The notes: generated by a model not told the origin, from the letters alone. A DNA stretch of 25,253 nt from Gemmatimonadaceae bacterium (GCA_035274345.1 DATEOG010000235.1:1-25253); one strand, 5' to 3'; positions 8,300 to 16,371 are shown, counted from the first letter of the stretch. Translations and numbers: made by a program.

Positions 8300-9491
8300 G
8301 GGGTGGCGATGCAGTGGGCGAACGCAGGCTCTCGTATAATCGCTCGAATCGGGTGAGGCAGCCATTCAGGGAAAACCTTTCCTGCGCGCGAGCGCGCCCC
8401 GCCTCCCCGAGTCGTTCGGCCAGGTCACGGTCGGCGAGCACGCGGGTGAGCGCATCGGCCAGGGCGAGCTCGTCACCTGCAGGCACTCGGAGACCGGTCG
8501 TTTCGTGCAAGACACTTTCCGCCAAGCCGCCGATGTCGCTCGCGACCACGGCCGTTCCGCGCATCATGGCCTCCGTGGCGGTCAGGCCGAACGGCTCGGG
8601 CCAGCGCGATGGCACGGCGTGCACCCAACCGCGGTCGAGCATGCTGTCGAGCGCCTCGCCGCCGAGTTGGCCGTGCAACGCGACTGCGTCCGCGATCCCG
8701 AGATCGCGCACGAGCGCCCGCAGCGCGGGCTCGGTCGGACCCGCACCCGCGATCGAGAGCCGCGCCAGCGGCACGCGCTCGCGCGCGAGCGCGAAGGCGC
8801 GCACGAGGACGTCGGGTCCCTTCTCCGCGGTGAGGCGTCCGGCGTAGGTGACCGTGGGTGGTCCATCGAGCGGCGGCCTCCGTCGTCCCTCGCGCACGCC
8901 GGGCCAGATCACGTCATGCGACTCGATGCCGTCGGCCTCGAGCTGGCGACGGACGGCGTGCGAGCAGCTCACGACGGTGTCGAACGCGCCGCGCCGGCGG
9001 CGCCAGAGCGCGCGCTGCAGCATCAGCGGCCCGAAGCCGCTGAGGGTGATGCAGCCGTTCGCGAGACAAACCGTGCCTGCACGCACGGCGCAAGGCACGC
9101 CCGAGGGCAGCCACTTGAGACCCGTGGGACACACCGACTTGAACGTCATGGCCCAGTACACGGACGGCACGTCGTGCAGCAACGGGAGGATCGACGGGGA
9201 GAGCTGCCAGAGGAACATCTGCACCTGCACGACGTCGGGCGCGAACTCTCGAAGCATTCGCCGCAGCGCGCGCGCCGCGGACGGATTGACGGTCGACGTG
9301 AAGGTCTGCAGCCGCGTGTTCGTGCCGTAGCACGTCGCGTCGGCGAACGACTCTCCGGCGATGAGCTGTGCGCGGCTGGCGAGCACGCGCACCTCGTGCC
9401 CGCGCGCGCGGAGGCCGTCGCGCAGGTCCAGCGTGATGCGCTCCGCGCCCGCGGTCGGGGTCGCGTAGTCGTTCACCAGCAGGATGCGCAT
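8289..9491 (-). CDS. Glycosyltransferase family 4
   Basis: MRILLVND, GHEVRVL, YAGRLTAEKG, VPSRWPEPFGLTATEAMMRGTAVVASDIGGLAE (Ex7E). Start at 9491 forms a TGATG overlap with the upstream gene. Confidence 0.93.
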   Translation of the reverse strand: MRILLVNDYATPTAGAERITLDLRDGLRARGHEVRVLASRAQLIAGESFADATCYGTNTRLQTFTSTVNPSAARALRRMLREFAPDVVQVQMFLWQLSPSILPLLHDVPSVYWAMTFKSVCPTGLKWLPSGVPCAVRAGTVCLANGCITLSGFGPLMLQRALWRRRRGAFDTVVSCSHAVRRQLEADGIESHDVIWPGVREGRRRPPLDGPPTVTYAGRLTAEKGPDVLVRAFALARERVPLARLSIAGAGPTEPALRALVRDLGIADAVALHGQLGGEALDSMLDRGWVHAVPSRWPEPFGLTATEAMMRGTAVVASDIGGLAESVLHETTGLRVPAGDELALADALTRVLADRDLAERLGEAGRARAQERFSLNGCLTRFERLYESLRSPTASPPHAN

Positions 9492-10561
9492 CAGTGCGCG
9501 ATGCGACGTCCGGCAGCCGTCCGCTCGAGACTCGCCGGCCACTGCGGCGACTCGGCGGCGCGGCTCGTGAGCGAGCGCTCCGCCGCCTCGATCACGGCGA
9601 GGTTGCGCACGCCGTCGAACAGATCCGGTCCTCCGAATGCATTTCCCGATGCGCTCCACACGAACGCCGACAGCGCAGTGGCGAACGAAGGCTCGGCGCC
9701 GGGAGACCTGAGCACGCGGCGCGGCTCGAGCGCGACGATCGCGCGGGCGAGTCGCCGCGCGCGCGCACCCTGCTGTGTGGCGGGGACGTGCTCGGGACGC
9801 ACGAGCTCCGTGCGGTCCATCACCAGCTTGCCTTCCGTCCCCACGATCTCCAGCCGGTTTTCATCTACCGTGCCGAGCGAGACGAACAGTTGCGCGATGA
9901 CGCCGGACGCGAGCTCGAGCTGCACCGCCGCATGGTCGTTCTCGCCGCGCAGCGAGCGCGTGCTCGCGTACACTCGCGTCACGTCCTCGCCCAGCAGATG
10001 ATGCACGAGATCGACGTGGTGCGACGCCAGGTCGAGCAGCACGCCACCGCCGGTGTGGCGCGTACGCTTCCACTCCGGCAGCTCGTGCGGCAGGATCGAG
10101 AACACGGCGCGCACGGCAAGGGGATCGCCGATGGCGCCGTCGCGCAGGCGCTCGCGAATGCGCGCGATCTGGGGATGAAAGCGAAAGTTGAAGCCGATCA
10201 TCCCGACCGTGCGCGCGCGCAGCCAGGCCTGTATGGCCGGCTCCGCGTCGGCGAGCGACGGCGCGAGCGGCTTCTCCAGATACACGTGCAGGCCCGCATC
10301 GAATGCTGCGATGGCGCTCGGCGCGTGGAGGTGCGGCGGCGCGCAGATGACCACGGCGTCGAGTCCGCCCGCACGGAGCAGCTCCCGGTATTCGGCGTGC
10401 GCTTTGGCGGCCGGCGCGAGGGCGGCTGCGGCGGCACGGCTCGCCTCCACCGGCTCCGCGATCGCGACGACGCGCGCCTCCGGCATGCGGCCAAGCACGG
10501 GCAGGTGGATCGCGCGCGCGATCTGGCCGCAGCCGATCACACCGATGCGGAGGGGTGCCAT
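9491..10561 (-). CDS. Gfo/Idh/MocA family oxidoreductase (cytoplasmic, NDP-sugar dehydrogenase-like)
   Basis: LRIGVIGCG, GLHVYLEKPLA, VGMIGFNFRF, GGGVLLDLASHHVD. No signal peptide. Confidence 0.92.
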   Translation of the reverse strand: MAPLRIGVIGCGQIARAIHLPVLGRMPEARVVAIAEPVEASRAAAAALAPAAKAHAEYRELLRAGGLDAVVICAPPHLHAPSAIAAFDAGLHVYLEKPLAPSLADAEPAIQAWLRARTVGMIGFNFRFHPQIARIRERLRDGAIGDPLAVRAVFSILPHELPEWKRTRHTGGGVLLDLASHHVDLVHHLLGEDVTRVYASTRSLRGENDHAAVQLELASGVIAQLFVSLGTVDENRLEIVGTEGKLVMDRTELVRPEHVPATQQGARARRLARAIVALEPRRVLRSPGAEPSFATALSAFVWSASGNAFGGPDLFDGVRNLAVIEAAERSLTSRAAESPQWPASLERTAAGRRIAH

Positions 10562-10584
10562 TCGCTACCGATGAGGGATGCCAC

Positions 10585-10613
10585 AGTCTACGAATCGCGG
10601 TCGGTGGACACAA
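10585..10613 (-). promoter_or_regulatory. Putative sigma70-type promoter for the glycan operon
   Basis: On the minus strand: TTGTGT (10613-10608), 17-nt spacer, TAGACT (10590-10585), within the 56-nt gap and ~24 nt upstream of ATG 10561. Confidence 0.45.
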
Positions 10614-10617
10614 CGCG

Positions 10618-11193
10618 TCACGACGCCCTTGCCGCGTAGGACCGAATGTCCCGCGCGAATGCGTCGAGTGCGGCGCGCAACGCGCTCCGAATCTCCGCGC
10701 TCTCGATCGTTCCGTCGGCGGTGAGTTCGGCGCGTGTGACGGGAATCGTCGCGCACGCCTCGGGCACGATGCGCGCGGTCATCACGGTAAGCGTCTCGAT
10801 GAGCGACGCCTGCGCGTGGATCGCCCACGGCGACGCGTTGAGCAGCGCCACCGGCTTGTGCGGCAGCTCAACGCTCGCGACGAGCCAGTCGAGCGCGTTC
10901 TTCAATGCGCCCGGCACGCCGTGCGCGTACTCTGGGCTGCACAGGAGCAGACCGTCCGCGTCGCCGACGCGCGCCCGTAAGTCGAGCACGGGCGCGGGCG
11001 GCGAGTCGACGTCGTCGTCCGGGTTGAAGTGCGGCAGCGACGCGAGTCCACCGTACATGGCGATCCGCACGTCGTCGGGCGCCACGTCCATCGCGAGGCG
11101 AAGGAGCGACGTGTTGGACGAGCGCGCGCGCAGACTGCCCGAGATCGCGAGGAGACGAAGGGACCCCACGTCGCCGCGCGCCTCGCTCGTCAT
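10618..11193 (-). CDS. NADPH-dependent FMN reductase family flavoprotein
   Basis: LLAISGSLRARSSN, ADGLLLCSPEYAHGVPGALKNALDW. 4-bp overlap with the LDH-like gene. Confidence 0.93.
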   Translation of the reverse strand: MTSEARGDVGSLRLLAISGSLRARSSNTSLLRLAMDVAPDDVRIAMYGGLASLPHFNPDDDVDSPPAPVLDLRARVGDADGLLLCSPEYAHGVPGALKNALDWLVASVELPHKPVALLNASPWAIHAQASLIETLTVMTARIVPEACATIPVTRAELTADGTIESAEIRSALRAALDAFARDIRSYAARAS

Positions 11194-12107
11194 TCGCGCA
11201 GCGACGCGATCGCCTTGCGCAGCACGTCGGCCGAACGGTCGAGCCCCTGCCGCTCCACGTCGTCGAGCTTCGCGGGGATGACGTCCACCGCGCCACGCTC
11301 GTCGACGACGGTCGGCAGCGACAGCGCGACGTCACGCAGGCCGAGCACGCCCGTCTGCGTGCGCGACACCGTGAGCACCCGTCGCTCCCCACGCAGCGCG
11401 GAGCGGAGCAGGGCGGCCGTGGTGAGTCCGATGGCGTGGTTCGTCGCGCCCTTTCGCTTGATGATCTCGTAGGCCGCCGTGCGAACCTCGGTCGCGATCG
11501 GCTGCTCGCGCTCGCCGGACCAGCCAGGCCATTCGCGCAGCGGCGTACCGCCGATGTGTGCGCTCGACCAGAGCACCACCTCCGAGTCGCCGTGCTCGCC
11601 GACGACCTGCGCATGCACCGAATGCGCATCGACTCGCAGCTCGTGGCCGAGCACCTGCCGCAACCGTGCGGTGTCGAGCATGGTGCCCGTACCCATCACG
11701 CGCTCGGGAGGAAGCCCCGAGCTCTCGGCGACGACGTACGTGAGCACGTCCACCGGGTTGGTGACCACGATGACGAGCCCGCGATAGCCGCGCAGCTTCT
11801 CACCGAGCTCGCGCAGGATCTTCGCGTTGTCACGCAGCAGATCGAGGCGCGATTCGTTCGGCTTCCCTCCGCGACCGGCCGCGATCACGATCGCATCGGT
11901 GTGCAGCATGTCGTCCACCGGCACGGCGCGAACGGACGCCGTCGTGTAGAACGCGGCGCCATGCGAGAGGTCCATCGCCTCGCCCTCGGCGACCTCGTTC
12001 CGCATGTCGGAGAGCAGCAGCTCGCTGGCGAATCCGCCGTGCAGCGTCGAGATCGCGACGCTCGCCCCCACCCAGCCCGTTCCCACCACCCCGACGGAGA
12101 TCGGCAT
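11190..12107 (-). CDS. ldh: L-lactate dehydrogenase-like 2-hydroxyacid dehydrogenase (LDH/MDH family)
   Basis: VGVVGTGWVG, AEGEAMDL, SRLDLL..N, VVTNPVD, GTGTMLDTARLR, GEHGDSEV, IIKRKGATNHAIG. Confidence 0.88.
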   Translation of the reverse strand: MPISVGVVGTGWVGASVAISTLHGGFASELLLSDMRNEVAEGEAMDLSHGAAFYTTASVRAVPVDDMLHTDAIVIAAGRGGKPNESRLDLLRDNAKILRELGEKLRGYRGLVIVVTNPVDVLTYVVAESSGLPPERVMGTGTMLDTARLRQVLGHELRVDAHSVHAQVVGEHGDSEVVLWSSAHIGGTPLREWPGWSGEREQPIATEVRTAAYEIIKRKGATNHAIGLTTAALLRSALRGERRVLTVSRTQTGVLGLRDVALSLPTVVDERGAVDVIPAKLDDVERQGLDRSADVLRKAIASLRE

Positions 12108-12110
12108 CAG

Positions 12111-12938
12111 TCAGCGGGCACCCATCGCCCAGAGGATCCCGCCCGCGAGATGATCGAGGTAGAGCTGGTCCTTGAAGCTCTCCGGCGTGTGTCCCAGCTC
12201 GGTGTAGAACGTCCGCCCACCGTCGAAGGCGCGGGCCCAGGACATCGGATGGACGGCGCCCATCGTCCCGCCCTGGTAGGAGGTCTCGTCGATCGTGAGC
12301 AGGATCCTGGCGTCGGCCGGAGGTGCCGCGCGGAAGTCGTACCACTCGTCGCGCCGGTTCCAGACCGCGGGCAGGCACTTGGTGGCCAGGTGCGTACGGT
12401 CTCGCACGTCGACCTTCGCCTCCTGGACCGCGGGATGGCGCTTGAAGTACGCGCCGACGAGCTGTCCGTACCACGGCCAGTCGTACTCGGTGTCCGTCGC
12501 CGAGTGCACTCCAACGAACCCCTTCCCGCTGCGGATGTACCGCTCGAAGGCCACCTGCTGCGCGCTGTCCAGCACGTCTCCGGTGGTCGACATGAACACC
12601 ACGGCCCCGAACCGGCCCAGCGACTGGTCGGTGAAGGCCGTAGCATCCTCGGTCGCCTCGACGGCAAAGCCATGCGCCGTGCCGAGCGCTTGCACGGCGG
12701 CGACTCCGTCGGGAATGGAGGCGTGGCGGAATCCCTTGGTGCGCGAGAAGACGAGTACCCGGCTGCCGGCCGGCGCGGCGGGCAGCGCGCATGCGGCGTT
12801 CGGGGCCACGGCTGCCGAGGCGGCGGGGACGACGCTGTCGATGTTGCGCGAGGAGCTCGAGGAACAGGCGGCGGTCGCGAGCAGGGCGACGCCGGCGGCG
12901 AGCGTACGAGCGGACGTCTGGAGGCGATGAGTGCGCAT
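12111..12938 (-). CDS. ThuA-like domain protein, probable lipoprotein
   Basis: VLVFSRTKGFRHASIPDG, FERYIRSGKGFVGVHSATDTEYDWPWY, DEWYDF, GGRTFYTELGH. Lipobox-like LATAAC after a basic N-terminus. Start trimmed from 13091 to 12938. Confidence 0.9.
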   Translation of the reverse strand: MRTHRLQTSARTLAAGVALLATAACSSSSSRNIDSVVPAASAAVAPNAACALPAAPAGSRVLVFSRTKGFRHASIPDGVAAVQALGTAHGFAVEATEDATAFTDQSLGRFGAVVFMSTTGDVLDSAQQVAFERYIRSGKGFVGVHSATDTEYDWPWYGQLVGAYFKRHPAVQEAKVDVRDRTHLATKCLPAVWNRRDEWYDFRAAPPADARILLTIDETSYQGGTMGAVHPMSWARAFDGGRTFYTELGHTPESFKDQLYLDHLAGGILWAMGAR

Positions 12939-13115
12939 GGAACGCGAGTGGCTGACGATGAACGAGCACCCTGGCCGCGCAGGCGCGCGGTGACCCAAGA
13001 TGAGCGGCCGTCGAGGCCTATCGCAATGCGAGCGCGCGGGCCCACATTCGAGCTTGACCATGATCGGGGCAGTCTCTTCCTTTCCGCGCACGCTTTTTAA
13101 GCGAACAAAATCCTC

Positions 13116-14645
13116 ATGGCATCCGAACGCGCTTCCGTGACTTCACCGACTCCTGCACGGCGCTACATCCCCGGTCTGCGTTGGTGGATCTGCGGGCTCC
13201 TCTTCTTCGCCACCACGATCAACTACGTGGACCGGCAGTCGCTGAGCGTCCTCAAGACGATGCTCGAGCGCGAGATGAACTGGAGCGAGGCGGACTACGG
13301 GTGGATTCAGTTCGCCTTCACGGCGGCGTACGCAGCCTTCCCGTCGCTCGCCGGCCGTCTGATGGATGCGAAGGGAGTCAAGTTCGGGCTCGCGATGGCG
13401 CTCATCGGCTGGTCGACGATGTCGATGCTCACCGCGCTCGCACGCGGCACGATGGGATTCGCCGCCGCGCGGTTCCTCCTCGGCGCCTTCGAAGCGGGGA
13501 ACTTCCCGGCATCGATCAAGGCGATCGGTCAGTGGTTCCCGCAGCGCGAACGCGCACTGGCGACGGGGCTGTTCAACTCGGGGACGAACGTCGGCGTGAT
13601 GATCTCGTTCATCACGGTGCTGATGGCGACGTCGTTCGGCTGGCAGATGGCGTTCATCGTCATCGGAGCCATCGGCTTCGCCTGGTTGATCTTCTGGCAG
13701 ATCGGCTTCCACTCACCCGAGAATCATCCGAACCTCTCGCCGGAAGAGCTGGCGCACATCAAGTCGGATCAGACGCAGAACGAGGAGAAGCTCAAGCTGC
13801 ACTGGACCACGCTGCTGCGCTTCAAGCAGATCTGGCCCTTCCTGCTGGCCAAGCTGCTGACCGATCCCGTGTGGTGGTTCTACCTGTACTGGCTGCCGTC
13901 GTACCTGGCGAAGGAGCGCGGGCAGAACATCCTCGGCAGCGCGTACCTGCTGACCGCGATCTACACCGCGGCGAGCTTCGGCTCGATCGCGGGCGGATGG
14001 CTGTCGGGTCACCTCATCAAGAGCGGCTGGCGCATCGCGACGGCGCGGTATGCGGCGATGGGGATCGCCGCGGTGTGCGCGCCGTTCGCCATCCTGGCGT
14101 ACTACACCGACAACTTCACCCTCTGCCTCGTCCTGCTCGGCGTGGTCACGGCGGCGCACCAGGCGTGGTCGGCCAACCTCTTCACCTCGGCGACGGATCT
14201 GTTCCCGTCCAAGGTCACCGGCTCGGTGGTCGGACTCGGCGCGACGACGGGCGGTCTGGGCGGGATGTTTCTCACGCTGCTCGCGGCGCTCTCGATCCAG
14301 TGGGTCGGGAACCAGAGCGTGGTGTTCGTCTGGGCCGGCCTGATGCATCCGCTCAGCCTTCTCATCTTCTGGCTCGTGCTCGGCCGCGACTTCAAGATGG
14401 CCAACGTCGACGCCGTCATCGACACGAACAAGGTGTCGCGCCCGCTGGTGATGGCGGGGGTAGGGCTGATCGTACTCGGTCTCGCGCTCGTCGGCCTGAT
14501 CTGGGCTAACTGGGAGACGGCAGTGGCAGCGGCGAAGCTCGCCGGTGCGGCGCAGGCGGCGACGGCCGCTGTGGGCGTGGTGCTGGTCGGGCTGGCGCTG
14601 CTGTACGCTGGACTGCGCAAGCAGGCGATGGTGCAGGTGGCGTAG
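13116..14645 (+). CDS. MFS transporter, ExuT/ACS (hexuronate transporter-like) family, with a C-terminal extension
   Basis: RWWICGLLFFATTINYVDRQ, ARFLLGAFEAGNFPASIKAIGQWFPQRERALATGLFNSGTNVG, KLLTDPVWWFYLYWLPSYL, HQAWSANLF. Confidence 0.92.
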   Translation: MASERASVTSPTPARRYIPGLRWWICGLLFFATTINYVDRQSLSVLKTMLEREMNWSEADYGWIQFAFTAAYAAFPSLAGRLMDAKGVKFGLAMALIGWSTMSMLTALARGTMGFAAARFLLGAFEAGNFPASIKAIGQWFPQRERALATGLFNSGTNVGVMISFITVLMATSFGWQMAFIVIGAIGFAWLIFWQIGFHSPENHPNLSPEELAHIKSDQTQNEEKLKLHWTTLLRFKQIWPFLLAKLLTDPVWWFYLYWLPSYLAKERGQNILGSAYLLTAIYTAASFGSIAGGWLSGHLIKSGWRIATARYAAMGIAAVCAPFAILAYYTDNFTLCLVLLGVVTAAHQAWSANLFTSATDLFPSKVTGSVVGLGATTGGLGGMFLTLLAALSIQWVGNQSVVFVWAGLMHPLSLLIFWLVLGRDFKMANVDAVIDTNKVSRPLVMAGVGLIVLGLALVGLIWANWETAVAAAKLAGAAQAATAAVGVVLVGLALLYAGLRKQAMVQVA

Positions 14646-14653
14646 GGCGGGGG

Positions 14654-14688
14654 GCGGTCCGCGGTCCGCAGTCCGCAGTCCGCAGTCC
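14654..14688. repeat. Heptamer tandem array GC(G/A)GTCC x5
   Basis: gcggtcc gcggtcc gcagtcc gcagtcc gcagtcc, starting 9 nt after the MFS stop codon. Confidence 0.9.
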
Positions 14689-14697
14689 GACTGATCG

Positions 14698-15035
14698 AGG
14701 GTCAGACTCCTGACTGATCAGGATCAAGGGGTCTGACCCCTTGAACTCCCTTGAACTGCAACCGATTGACGCGGAGATCGCGGAGATTACACGGCAAGCG
14801 CGCGGAGGACCGAGCAACGCCGTGGCGCTACGACCGGCTGAATGCCGACCCCAAAGTCCCTTCTTTTGGGGATGTGGATGGAGAGGAGCGGTGCGCCGCC
14901 TCGAGCATCTCGACCTGGAGAGAGTGCTCCGCGGTGTCTCGCAGTGCCCCTCCGCGGTCCTCCGCGTCAATCTGTTTGCTGTAGTCGTTTTCAAGGGGTC
15001 TGACCCCTTGATCATGTTTTAGGAGTCAGACCCCC
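14698..15035. repeat. Nested inverted-repeat (fold-back) element, REP/MITE-like, between convergent genes
   Basis: Identical palindromes TCAAGGGGTC-T-GACCCCTTGA at 14724-14744 and 14991-15011. Degenerate outer copies at 14698-14712 and 15021-15035. Perfect 13-bp inverted repeat GATTGACGCGGAG (14764-14776) / CTCCGCGTCAATC (14960-14972). Central hairpin CCCCAAA...TTTGGGG (14849-14871). Confidence 0.85.
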
Positions 15036-15047
15036 GGATCCCCGCGA

Positions 15048-16082
15048 TCAGGGTTTGCGGAACAGCCCCCCGAGTCCCTTCTTCACCTTCTGGGCGGCTG
15101 CGTCCTTCGCGGCCTGCTCCGCCGACTGCTTGGCCGCCTCCTTGATCGACGGGCCGCTGTCGACCGGCGCTGCGCTGGCCGGTTGTCCCGCCTGAGCGGC
15201 CCGCGCCGCCCTGTTCTGCTCGGCCTGCGCGGCCATCGCCTTGGTCTGCGCACCAATGTCCGTCACCTGATAGTCCGACGGTGCCACGAGCAGGGCGTCG
15301 TCCACGTTGCCCGCCTTCAGCTCCGTCACTTCCATCGTCGCGACGTTCGTCGCCTTCTCGCCCTTGTCGTTCGTCGACGTCGTGGTGGTGACCGTCCTGA
15401 CGGGAATGCCGTTGCCCATCTTGGCGGTGGCCTCCGCGGTCTTCGACATCAGCTCGGCGAAGGCACCGCCGCCGCCGGGACGCATGCCACCCATGCGTGC
15501 GAACGGATTCGCGAAGCCGCTCTTCTGATCGGCCATCCAGTATTCCTGGACGATGTGCTCCGAGCTGTTGCGGTTCATGATCGCGACCTTCATCGCGAGC
15601 TTGTAGTCCTGCGTGACGCGGAACTTCGTCGTCGACATGCCGAGCAGCGGCTCGCCCGGTCCGAGCTTCTCGAAGTTGACGGCGACGTCGGTGACGGCGA
15701 TGCGCATTCCCGGCACGTTGGCGGCGAGCGCGGACATGCTCTGCTCGAGATCCTCGAAGGTGAACTTGAGGATCTGCTTGTCCTTGGGGGACACGATCAT
15801 CATCGACGTGGGATCGTAGAGGATGTAGCCGCCCTTGTCGGCCATCGCTCCGCGCTCCTTCGAAGCCTCGTCGATGTCGAGGCGTCCCGCCTTGGACGTC
15901 ACCATCGCGCGTCCGGACATGACGACGTAGTCCTTGGTCTTGCCATTCGCCTCGGTGGTCTGGCCGGAGATGCGCATCCGATACGTGTAGCCCGGCGAGA
16001 AGACGCGTGGCGCGGCAGCGGCGAGCGTGAGCACCGATCCGGCGACGGCCAACGCGATGCCGGAGCGACGAGCGAGAGTCAT
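15048..16082 (-). CDS. Secreted protein of unknown function (DUF4412-like)
   Basis: Clean 344-aa ORF with a signal peptide (MTLARRSGIALAVAGSVLTLAAA) and GGAG RBS. The beta-rich core (EKLGPGEPLLGMSTTKF, EYWMAD, GIPVRTV) resembles DUF4412 proteins. Family call is tentative. Confidence 0.7.
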   Translation of the reverse strand: MTLARRSGIALAVAGSVLTLAAAAPRVFSPGYTYRMRISGQTTEANGKTKDYVVMSGRAMVTSKAGRLDIDEASKERGAMADKGGYILYDPTSMMIVSPKDKQILKFTFEDLEQSMSALAANVPGMRIAVTDVAVNFEKLGPGEPLLGMSTTKFRVTQDYKLAMKVAIMNRNSSEHIVQEYWMADQKSGFANPFARMGGMRPGGGGAFAELMSKTAEATAKMGNGIPVRTVTTTTSTNDKGEKATNVATMEVTELKAGNVDDALLVAPSDYQVTDIGAQTKAMAAQAEQNRAARAAQAGQPASAAPVDSGPSIKEAAKQSAEQAAKDAAAQKVKKGLGGLFRKP

Positions 16083-16185
16083 GAGGATTCTCCAAATAAA
16101 AAGCTGCGGTCCAGTCGTGCTGCGAAACGATCGAAGCTAGGGGGCCCTGGCGGATTCGTACAGAGCGGACAGATTGCCGGGCCCA

Positions 16186-16367
16186 CTGGTGAGTTGGTTG
16201 GTTGGAATAGCTGGTGAGTTGGTCGGTGAACCAGTGCACCGAATCGCTCCGCCCACGACCAGCGTGGAGAATGCGGCGAGAGGTCTCCGGGCTGGTTCGT
16301 GGCCATTCGCGGTCGACTCACCAGGCAACCGACCAACCAACTCGCCATCCAACTCACCAACTCACCA
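16186..16367. repeat. Inverted pair of octamer/tetramer tandem arrays (TGGTGAGT/TGGT vs ACTCACCA/ACCA)
   Basis: ctggtgagttggttggttggaatagctggtgagttggtcggtga (16186-16229) is complementary to actcaccaggcaaccgaccaaccaactcgccatccaactcaccaactcacca (16316-16367). The right arm ends 4 nt before the gntP ATG. Confidence 0.8.
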
Positions 16368-16371
16368 AGAA

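Noticed and set aside
8335-8340. Perfect TATAAT on the plus strand as an antisense promoter
   Set aside because: There is no -35 match at 16-18 nt, and it is explained by the RLYE codons of the GT4 gene on the minus strand.
2857-13100. Other long overlapping ORFs (e.g. 2857-4677, 3221-4855, 8505-10001, 11436-13100)
   Set aside because: They are antisense or alternative-frame shadows of well-supported genes, with low-complexity R/A/G composition.
14506-15022. ORFs 14506-15015, 14741-15022 and 14751-14984 as element-encoded proteins
   Set aside because: They are products of the palindromes (KGSDP on both strands), show no HUH/Y1 or GxxExxY motif, and mutually overlap.
13109-16089. Identical AATCCTCATG at the starts of the MFS (+) and DUF4412-like (-) genes
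   Set aside because: It is only 10 nt including the ATG and has no further similarity, so it is most likely coincidence.
16174-16371. N-terminal extension of GntP
   Set aside because: It translates the octamer repeat (LVSWLVG / PTNSP). Family similarity starts at MPLLWV (16372).
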